A stretch of 64,000 bases of DNA from an uncultured Draconibacterium sp. (GTDB lineage: Bacteria > Bacteroidota > Bacteroidia > Bacteroidales > FEN-979), in the NCBI GenBank assembly GCA_964355945.1, contig CAYHGE010000002.1, positions 67,144-131,143 on the forward strand. Direction: 5' to 3'. Made by a program: the position numbers and the translations under genes. Shown piece after piece: positions 57,479-64,000 of the stretch. Each line of letters starts with the position of its first letter. Position 1 is the stretch's first letter. Under the pieces are notes generated by a model. That model was not told the DNA's origin. It saw only the letters and a program-made list of their open reading frames with translations, and did not search any database.

Positions 57479-58525
57479 ATGGCCAGTGAAATGAAAAAAG
57501 GAGAAGATTTCGACTCGTCAAACCTCGTAATTTTTCTCTACAAATGGCGTAAACCCTTGTTCATTGTAATGATTGTTGCCCTGGTATGTTCCTGGTTTTT
57601 TTCCTCCCCCTGGTTCATCACGCCCAAATTCAGGTCCACAGTGATCATGTTTCCCGCAAGCAGTAGTTCAATCTCGAAATCATTGCTTAATGAGCAGTCG
57701 GTAAAAGGACAGGATATTACTGCTTTTGGCGAGGACGACCAGGCCGAACAACTGCTTCAGATACTGAATTCGAATAAAATACGCGATCGTGTTATGCGTA
57801 AATTTGACCTGATGCGACATTATGACATCGACAGTACATCCGATGTGAAATATTCGAATCTCTTCAAAGAATACGACAACAACATCACCTTCAGGCGAAC
57901 AGAATTCATGGCAGTCCAAATATCTGTTTATGATAAAGACCCTCAGGTGGCTGCTGATATAGCCAACACCATTGCCTCATTGCTCGACTCTGCAAAAAAT
58001 GACATGATGCGTCAGCGTTCTGTCAAAGGGTTCAGTGTGGTTGAGGCTGAATACAACTCGATGAAAGCCGAGAAGGATAAAATTGTCGATTCCCTGATCA
58101 CCTTAGGGGGATTGGGCGTAAATGATGTTGAATACCAGTCACAGGTCCTTAATCAACAGCATGCCATCGCCACCATGAATGGGAACCGCACGGCTCAGGC
58201 TGCATTGCAGAAGAAACTCGATATTTTGGGTAAATACGGTGGCATTTATATGGCGCTCAAGAACTCACTGGAATTTAAAACGGAACAGCTGATTTTGCTG
58301 GAGACAAAATACAAACAGGCAAAAGTAGATGCCGAGGAAAATCTTCCTCAGAAATTTATCGTGAGCGATGCCTATAAGGCTGAACGCAAATCTTACCCCC
58401 TGCGCTGGCTTATCATCATGGTTTCTACTGTTGCTGCACTTTTCATGTCGATCATCGTGATCATGGTCATGGAAAAAATATCAGACTATAATTCCCACAA
58501 AAAATTTCAGATAGGGCAATCATAA
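57479..58525 (+). CDS. Chain-length-determinant (Wzz-like) protein, paralog 1
   Basis: There is one TM segment at each end (the C-terminal one reads YPLRWLIIMVSTVAALFMSIIVIMVME) with a coiled-coil middle. I prefer the ATG at 57479 over the track's TTG at 57443. Confidence 0.7.
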   Translation: MASEMKKGEDFDSSNLVIFLYKWRKPLFIVMIVALVCSWFFSSPWFITPKFRSTVIMFPASSSSISKSLLNEQSVKGQDITAFGEDDQAEQLLQILNSNKIRDRVMRKFDLMRHYDIDSTSDVKYSNLFKEYDNNITFRRTEFMAVQISVYDKDPQVAADIANTIASLLDSAKNDMMRQRSVKGFSVVEAEYNSMKAEKDKIVDSLITLGGLGVNDVEYQSQVLNQQHAIATMNGNRTAQAALQKKLDILGKYGGIYMALKNSLEFKTEQLILLETKYKQAKVDAEENLPQKFIVSDAYKAERKSYPLRWLIIMVSTVAALFMSIIVIMVMEKISDYNSHKKFQIGQS

Positions 58526-58540
58526 AATAAAATCCAATAT

Positions 58541-59506
58541 ATGGACAGTTTTTTCAGCAGTAAAAATATTATTGATGTCGTACTTAAGTGGAAGATTCAG
58601 CTTGTTGTTGTCATTATTGCCGCAATCCTCCTTTCTGCCTTGTTTTCAAGTCCGATATTCATTACACCTCTTTATAAATCCACTTGTCTGCTTTATCCAT
58701 CCAATGTTTCTCCTTATTCCGATGAAAGCGAAACAGAGCAAAGTGTCGAAATTTTCCAATCCAGGGATATCAGAGATTCTTTAGTGAAACAGTTTAACCT
58801 GGCAAAACACTGGGAACTGGACTCAGCCTACAAGCATTTTGAAAGCACACTTAGCTGGATTTATAGTCAACGGGTACATGTCAACAAAACACCCTTTGAA
58901 GCCGTTGAAATTGAGATTCTTGATAAGGATCCAATGATGGCGCGCGACCTGATCAATGCCATGCTTGATGCTTACAACAAAAAGATCAGGGCAATGCACA
59001 AACAGAAATTCGGCGAGGTTGTCTCCAACTACAACTATATCATGGGCGTGAAGAAGGTTTATATGGACTCTTTGAAAACCAGAACACAGGAACTTGGAAT
59101 GAAATATGGAATTCTTCAGTATGAAGCACAAACCCGCGAAGTGATGCGCGCATACCTGAGTACCGGCGGAGGTTCTGTCCGTTCGGCCGAGGCAAAGGCG
59201 ATGAAGAAAAACCTGGAAGAAAATGGTGGTGAAATGCTGGTACTCGGTGAAATGATCAAGTCCGAATCAGGTACATTCAGTGCGATGAAACTGGATGCAG
59301 ATCGTGCCCTGCTGGATTACAACCGGGAATATACTTATGTGAATGTACTTAGCAAGCCTTTTGTTGCCGACAAAAAGGCCTATCCCATCCGCTGGCTTAT
59401 TGTGGTATTCAGCACCCTGGCTGCCTTCTTTATGGCTGTTCTGATCATTGGATTGATTGAACGTGGCAAATTCCGCAGCCTGTCAACAGATGGCAATGAT
59501 GGTTAA
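58541..59506 (+). CDS. Chain-length-determinant (Wzz-like) protein, paralog 2
   Basis: 321-aa ORF with the same architecture and clear similarity to paralog 1 (SSPIFITPLYKST / YPIRWLIVVFSTLAAFFMAVLIIGLIE). Confidence 0.7.
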   Translation: MDSFFSSKNIIDVVLKWKIQLVVVIIAAILLSALFSSPIFITPLYKSTCLLYPSNVSPYSDESETEQSVEIFQSRDIRDSLVKQFNLAKHWELDSAYKHFESTLSWIYSQRVHVNKTPFEAVEIEILDKDPMMARDLINAMLDAYNKKIRAMHKQKFGEVVSNYNYIMGVKKVYMDSLKTRTQELGMKYGILQYEAQTREVMRAYLSTGGGSVRSAEAKAMKKNLEENGGEMLVLGEMIKSESGTFSAMKLDADRALLDYNREYTYVNVLSKPFVADKKAYPIRWLIVVFSTLAAFFMAVLIIGLIERGKFRSLSTDGNDG

Positions 59507-60974
59507 ACTTGCAGAAATAAAAAGCTACCTTACCGGAAGCAATCAAAGGATTACCATCCTTTATATGCTGAGTGCGATATTTATTGGATTGAATTGCTAT
59601 CTGATTTTCCGGGATATCTATTGGTTGCTTTTTTTTCCTCTCTTTCTGATAATACTTTACCTCTATTTTTATTCACTTGACAAGGTACTGTTGCTGATTA
59701 CGGCGCTGACCCCGGTTGCCATTAACATTACTCAGTTTGAATTTAACGTTGGCGTATCGATGCCTTCAGAACCAATGATGCTGGGAGTTTTGTTGATCTT
59801 TATCATCAAATTATTTTATAGCAACGAGGTTGAGAAAAAAATATGGGGTCATCCATTAACAATTGTGATTGGTCTCCAACTGATGTGGATGCTGATCACA
59901 AGCATGACCAGTGATTTGCCACTTGTGTCCTTCAAACATTTGCTTGCACGCCTCTGGTTTGTCGTTCCTTTCTTTATCCTTGGAATCCAACTTTTTCGTA
60001 AAAGGTCGAATATCAGGCTTTTCATTTGGTTTTACACGATCCCTCTAATTGGCGTGATCGCATATACCACCTACAATCACTCATTGTGGGGATTTGATGA
60101 GAAGGCCGGCCATTGGGTTATGGAACCTTTTTACAATGACCATACCGCTTATGGTGTGATTTTAGCACTCTATATTCCGATATTTTTTGGGTTCACTTTC
60201 AGTAAGGTCTATTCAAAGACAACCCGGTTTTTCTCATTCCTGGTACTTGCCATATTGCTGATGGCGCTCGTTCTTTCTTACAGTCGAGCTGCATGGATCA
60301 GCCTTGCATTTGCGGTAGGTGTGCTGTTTATTGTTCTCTTCAAAATTAAATTCAAATGGATCCTTTTTGTTTCAACCATTTTTGGTATTCTTTTTTATCT
60401 GTTTTCATTTCAGATACTTGACCGTCTTGAGAAAAACCGGCAAGGTCCATCAGCCAATTTCGTTGAGCACCTCCGATCCATTTTAAATATTTCAACGGAT
60501 AATTCCAACCTTGAACGCATTAACCGCTGGCAATCTGCATTAAGGATGTTCGAAGACAGGCCGGTATTCGGTTATGGTCCGGGAACATACCAGTTTGAAT
60601 ATGCACCTTTCCAGCGAGCCAAAGAGAAGACACTGATCAGTACAAATGCTGGCGACAAAGGAAACGCTCACAGCGAGTATATAGGCCCACTTGCTGAGCA
60701 GGGATTGCCCGGGATGATACTGGTGTTTGTTTTGATAGGAACATTCATTGTGGCGGCCATGCGTGTGTACCGGAATTCCATCGATCCGGAAGTCAAAATG
60801 CTGAGTCTCTCACTCATGCTGGCACTGCTAACCTACTTTATGCACGGAACCATGAATAATTTCCTGGATACGGATAAAGCATCTGTTCCGGTTTGGGGAT
60901 TTATGGCAGCCATTGTTGCACTCGATATTTATTCGGGAGAAGGTAAGGTTGCTGACATTAAACGTGACACGTGA
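59490..60974 (+). CDS. O-antigen ligase/polymerase family membrane protein (Wzy_C-like)
   Basis: Polytopic ORF with a large loop containing YSRAAWISL and HSEYI. The start is uncertain: ATGs at 59490, 59496 and 59499 all overlap the preceding stop. Its stop codon lies inside a heptamer array. Confidence 0.7.
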   Translation: MAMMVKLAEIKSYLTGSNQRITILYMLSAIFIGLNCYLIFRDIYWLLFFPLFLIILYLYFYSLDKVLLLITALTPVAINITQFEFNVGVSMPSEPMMLGVLLIFIIKLFYSNEVEKKIWGHPLTIVIGLQLMWMLITSMTSDLPLVSFKHLLARLWFVVPFFILGIQLFRKRSNIRLFIWFYTIPLIGVIAYTTYNHSLWGFDEKAGHWVMEPFYNDHTAYGVILALYIPIFFGFTFSKVYSKTTRFFSFLVLAILLMALVLSYSRAAWISLAFAVGVLFIVLFKIKFKWILFVSTIFGILFYLFSFQILDRLEKNRQGPSANFVEHLRSILNISTDNSNLERINRWQSALRMFEDRPVFGYGPGTYQFEYAPFQRAKEKTLISTNAGDKGNAHSEYIGPLAEQGLPGMILVFVLIGTFIVAAMRVYRNSIDPEVKMLSLSLMLALLTYFMHGTMNNFLDTDKASVPVWGFMAAIVALDIYSGEGKVADIKRDT

Positions 60975-60998
60975 CAGGTGACCGGTGACAGGTGAGAG
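60964..60998 (+). repeat. Heptamer tandem array: GTGACAC, GTGACAG, GTGACCG, GTGACAG, GTGAGAG
   Basis: Exact 7-bp period. It covers the last codons and the TGA stop of the wzy-like gene. Confidence 0.9.
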
Positions 60999-61028
60999 TT
61001 GTCTTATCTCTTGGGTGAAATATAGAAA

Positions 61029-61958
61029 CTATCTTAATTTGCTAAGAATATCCGGGAGCATCTTCAGTGCTGCGACTTCACGCCATTTTTTCCTTGCTTC
61101 TATTGCCGGCACGCCCCAATATGTTTTGCCTCCTTCAAGTGACTTTTCTGTGCCTGAACCTGCAAGTACCACAGCACCTTTACCGATTACCAGGTCTTTA
61201 TTAACCAAAACACTTGCCCAGAGTATTACATCATCTTCGATCCTGGTTACACCGGCAATGGCGCAAAATGCTCCAATAAGGCAATTTTTCCCGATATAGG
61301 TATCGTGACCAACCTGAACATGGTTGTCAAATTTAGTCCCGCGTGAAATGACGGTATCGCCCGAAACGCCTTTGTCTATGGTCGTATTTGCCCCGATTTC
61401 AACATGATCTTCAAGTACTGCCCGACCACAGGACTCCAGTTTCTTATAACCATCAGGCCGTTTCTGGTAATAGTAGGCATCTGCTCCTATAACTGCCCCT
61501 GAATGTATGATTACATGGTTTCCAATAACCGAATGGTCGTAAATGCTGGCATTGGCATGGATAATACAGTTTTCACCGATTGTTACATGGTTTCCGACAA
61601 AAGCCCCTGGCTGAATTACAGTTCCATTTCCGATTACTGCGCTTGGACTGACTGCAGAGACAGCCTTTTCAAACGGTCGGAAATGGATGGCAAGTGAAAC
61701 ATAGTCGTCGAACGGCTTTTCGCTGATAAGCAGTGTTTTCCCTGGTGGACACTCCACCTCTTTGTTGATGATAATTGTCGTGGCATTTGAATCCAATGCT
61801 TTCGAATAATATTTTGGATGATCAACAAATGTGAGGTCACCGGCTTCGACCATGTGGATCTCATTCATCCCTGTTACCAGGAAATCAGAATCACCAACAG
61901 GCTTTGCCTTCAGGATTGCGGCAATCTCAGACAACTTTAGTGCAGAAGGAAATTTCAT
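61029..61958 (-). CDS. lpxD: UDP-3-O-acylglucosamine N-acyltransferase
   Basis: 309-aa ORF with an LpxD-type N-terminal domain followed by left-handed beta-helix hexapeptide repeats. Confidence 0.82.
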   Translation of the reverse strand: MKFPSALKLSEIAAILKAKPVGDSDFLVTGMNEIHMVEAGDLTFVDHPKYYSKALDSNATTIIINKEVECPPGKTLLISEKPFDDYVSLAIHFRPFEKAVSAVSPSAVIGNGTVIQPGAFVGNHVTIGENCIIHANASIYDHSVIGNHVIIHSGAVIGADAYYYQKRPDGYKKLESCGRAVLEDHVEIGANTTIDKGVSGDTVISRGTKFDNHVQVGHDTYIGKNCLIGAFCAIAGVTRIEDDVILWASVLVNKDLVIGKGAVVLAGSGTEKSLEGGKTYWGVPAIEARKKWREVAALKMLPDILSKLR

Positions 61959-62000
61959 TTATCAGAATTTAATTCACAAAACACAGCCCAAATGCAACAG

Positions 62001-62028
62001 TATTCGATATTCAATATTCGATATTCTA
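62001..62028 (+). repeat. Heptamer tandem array: TATTCGA, TATTCAA, TATTCGA, TATTCTA (reverse complement of the GAATATY unit at 33679)
   Basis: Exact 7-bp period between the efp stop, which it overlaps, and the lpxD start. Confidence 0.85.
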
Positions 62029-62592
62029 AACCTTCACCCGCTCAGAATAATCACCGGTACGTGTATCAACTTTGATTGTTTCACCTTCGCCGATAAAGAG
62101 GGGTACTTTAACAATGGCACCAGTTTCAACAGTGCTGTCTTTGAGGGTGTTGGTGGCTGTGTTGCCCCTCATTCCGGGTTCGGTATAGATTATTTTCAGA
62201 ATCACAAATGGAGGAAGTTCACAGGTGAGGGCTGTTTCAGTATCTGCATGAAAAAGTATTTCAACCTCCTGACCTTCTTTTAAAAACTGGGGAGCATTGA
62301 TGATGGTATCAGGAAGGTAAATCTGTTCAAAAGTCTCTGTATGCATGAAATGATAGTCAGAATTCTCCTTGAAAAGATACTGGTACTTTCTGCGCTCCAC
62401 CCGGGCAATTTCCAACTTGGCTCCTGAATCGAATGTGTTGGCAATTACGCGCCCGTGTTTCAGGCTTTTTAATTTTGTTCGAATGAAAGCGGGACCTTTG
62501 CCAGGTTTTACATGCTGAAATTCGACGATGCTGTATAAGTCATTGTTAAATTCAATGACAAGACCATTTCTGATATCCGCTGTTGTAGCCAT
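62026..62592 (-). CDS. efp: Elongation factor P
   Basis: 188-aa ORF starting [33 protein letters not shown]. Confidence 0.96.
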   Translation of the reverse strand: MATTADIRNGLVIEFNNDLYSIVEFQHVKPGKGPAFIRTKLKSLKHGRVIANTFDSGAKLEIARVERRKYQYLFKENSDYHFMHTETFEQIYLPDTIINAPQFLKEGQEVEILFHADTETALTCELPPFVILKIIYTEPGMRGNTATNTLKDSTVETGAIVKVPLFIGEGETIKVDTRTGDYSERVKV

Positions 62593-62660
62593 AAAAATAT
62601 TTTGATAATTGATTTTAAAAAGGGCTGCAAAAATAGTTAAAAATCTTGGATTAAATGTCT

Positions 62661-62668
62661 TATTTTTG
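62661..62668 (+). promoter_or_regulatory. Candidate -7 promoter box (TATTTTTG)
   Basis: Matches TAnnTTTG, 34 nt upstream of the ATG at 62702. Confidence 0.4.
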
Positions 62669-62701
62669 CGGCTGCATTGAAAAAATGGTTCTTACCTGCT
62701 G

Positions 62702-63424
62702 ATGAAACAACTTCTTAAACGAATCTTTTTATTCTTCCATATTGCGTTAACCCGCAACCAGAAATACGATGCCTATTCTTTAAAAATAATCGAACGGAGC
62801 CTGAAGCCGGATTCCAATTGTATCGACATAGGTTGTCATAAAGGTGAAATCCTTGATCAGATGATCAAAGGAGCACCAAGGGGGATTAAATTCGGGTTTG
62901 AACCGATTCCTGAACTATTTCAGGAACTGACGTCGAAATATGCTGCTGATCCAAACGTGAACATTTATCCCACTGCACTTTACGATCACACAGGTACCAC
63001 TACATTTCAACATGTTGTCAATGCCCCGGCTTACAGTGGCATTAAGAAACGCAAATACGATGGCAAGCATGTGGAAATCAATCAGATTAATGTTGAAACA
63101 GGTTTGCTTGACAATTTTATCCCGGGCGACATGAAGATCGATCTTCTGAAAATAGATGTGGAAGGGGCAGAATTCAAGGTGATGAAAGGTGGTATGGAGA
63201 CCCTAAAGCGCTGTAAACCGGTTATTATCTTTGAATTTGGCCTTGGTGCAGCCGATTTTTATAATTCTAATCCCGCTGAATTATTTGCATTTGTTAACCG
63301 GGATTGCGGAATGTACATTTCAACACTCAAGGGCTACCTTGACAAAGCACAATCACTCACAGAATCACAGTTTTGTTCGATGTTTGAAAAAGGAAGTGAA
63401 TATTATTTTGTGGGGCACCCATAG
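62702..63424 (+). CDS. FkbM-family SAM-dependent methyltransferase
   Basis: 240-aa ORF containing IDIGCHKGE and LLKIDVEGAEFKVMKG. Confidence 0.8.
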   Translation: MKQLLKRIFLFFHIALTRNQKYDAYSLKIIERSLKPDSNCIDIGCHKGEILDQMIKGAPRGIKFGFEPIPELFQELTSKYAADPNVNIYPTALYDHTGTTTFQHVVNAPAYSGIKKRKYDGKHVEINQINVETGLLDNFIPGDMKIDLLKIDVEGAEFKVMKGGMETLKRCKPVIIFEFGLGAADFYNSNPAELFAFVNRDCGMYISTLKGYLDKAQSLTESQFCSMFEKGSEYYFVGHP

Positions 63425-63456
63425 CGTTTATTGCCTGTCAAACATTCGCTGTCTCA

Positions 63457-64000
63457 TTACTTAAAATCCTCAATTTGTAATGTGCTGCTTGCAAATGCCG
63501 ACTCGGTCTGATGGAGATTTGAGCAAACAATGACCGTCCGGTTGCCTGCGAATTTGCCGATCAGTTTCAGGTACCATTCAATCCCTGCTTTATCAAGGTT
63601 CATCGTGGGCTCATCGAGCAGTAGCATGGGAACATCGCTGAGGATCGCCACCACCAGCTTTACACGCTGTTTCATTCCTGATGAAAACTGACGGATTTGC
63701 TTGTGCTTCATGGCTGGAAATTCAAGCAAATCTGTCACGGATGAAATGTCATGCCCCTTGAGGTATTGCTTGAATGAAAAGTGAAAATTCAGCATCTCCT
63801 GTAAGGTGAAATCTTCAATAAGTTCGAGGTAAGGAGCAACCATTGTCAGATGCCTGAAAATCTCTTCGCCATGGATTTCGCGATCACCCAGAGTATAAAT
63901 TATTTTTCCTTCAGTAGGATGCAGGTTCCCCGCAACAACCTGTAAAAGAGTGGATTTCCCTGAGCCATTGCGTCCCAGAATGGCGGAAGCCGTACGTTCT
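63457..64000 (-). CDS. ABC transporter ATP-binding protein, 5' end outside the window
   Basis: The reading frame stays open to the window edge. It has Walker A (GRNGSGKST), the signature FSSGMKQR and Walker B (LLLDEP). Confidence 0.88.
   Translation of the reverse strand, partial: ERTASAILGRNGSGKSTLLQVVAGNLHPTEGKIIYTLGDREIHGEEIFRHLTMVAPYLELIEDFTLQEMLNFHFSFKQYLKGHDISSVTDLLEFPAMKHKQIRQFSSGMKQRVKLVVAILSDVPMLLLDEPTMNLDKAGIEWYLKLIGKFAGNRTVIVCSNLHQTESAFASSTLQIEDFK

Noticed and set aside
60985-61299. 104-aa plus-strand ORF starting in the heptamer array
   Set aside because: It is antisense to the well-supported lpxD hexapeptide-repeat gene, has a low-complexity translation and no start-site support.
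21105-62028. Whether the short tandem arrays could be CRISPR arrays
   Set aside because: The units are only 7-8 bp and directly abutting, with no spacers. Arrays are under 60 bp, and no cas genes are present.

Overview
This 64 kb window looks like chromosomal DNA from an anaerobic member of the Bacteroidota. Evidence for the phylum: gene order secY-map-infA-rpmJ with no adk, T9SS C-terminal sorting domains, and repeated TAnnTTTG -7 promoter boxes. Evidence for anaerobiosis: rubrerythrin, rubredoxin, three 2-oxoacid oxidoreductase systems and a glycyl radical enzyme.

Gene content by position:
- 1-14.5 kb: a complete S10-spc-alpha ribosomal protein supercluster, from the rplC 3' end to rplQ. 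It includes rpmD and rpmJ, both too short to appear in the ORF track.
- 14.5-22 kb: eno, MTA phosphorylase, tilS, korAB, a 55-aa 2x[4Fe-4S] ferredoxin (also missed by the track) and lpxH.
- 22-32 kb: lipoproteins, a PolB-like exonuclease, mnmD, a fused E1 alpha/beta 2-oxoacid dehydrogenase, and a peroxide/oxygen-stress set (rbr, rubredoxin, gpx, bcp).
- 33-37 kb: a four-subunit 2-oxoacid:ferredoxin oxidoreductase and an aminotransferase.
- 37-44 kb: a T9SS type-B cargo protein, then a three-gene glycyl-radical cluster that looks like 4-hydroxyphenylacetate decarboxylase (large subunit, 8-Cys small subunit, activase) plus an unassigned membrane protein.
- 45-49 kb: a PP-loop protein paired with a MurD-like ligase (candidate MurL/MurD2), then a LysM glucosaminidase.
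- 49-64 kb: rnhB, purD, a polysaccharide locus (GT4, wzx, two Wzz paralogs, wzy-like), lpxD, efp, an FkbM methyltransferase and a truncated ABC ATPase.

Two non-genic systems are not explained by the gene models:
1. Nine short tandem arrays of imperfect 7- or 8-bp units sit in intergenic gaps. One of them lies in frame inside the radical-SAM activase gene.
2. A roughly 25-nt palindromic hairpin element, GTARAGACG...CGTCTC, occurs six times. Five copies are intercistronic within the ribosomal protein operon.

I found no rRNA, tRNA, CRISPR array, transposase, integrase or recognisable defence gene.
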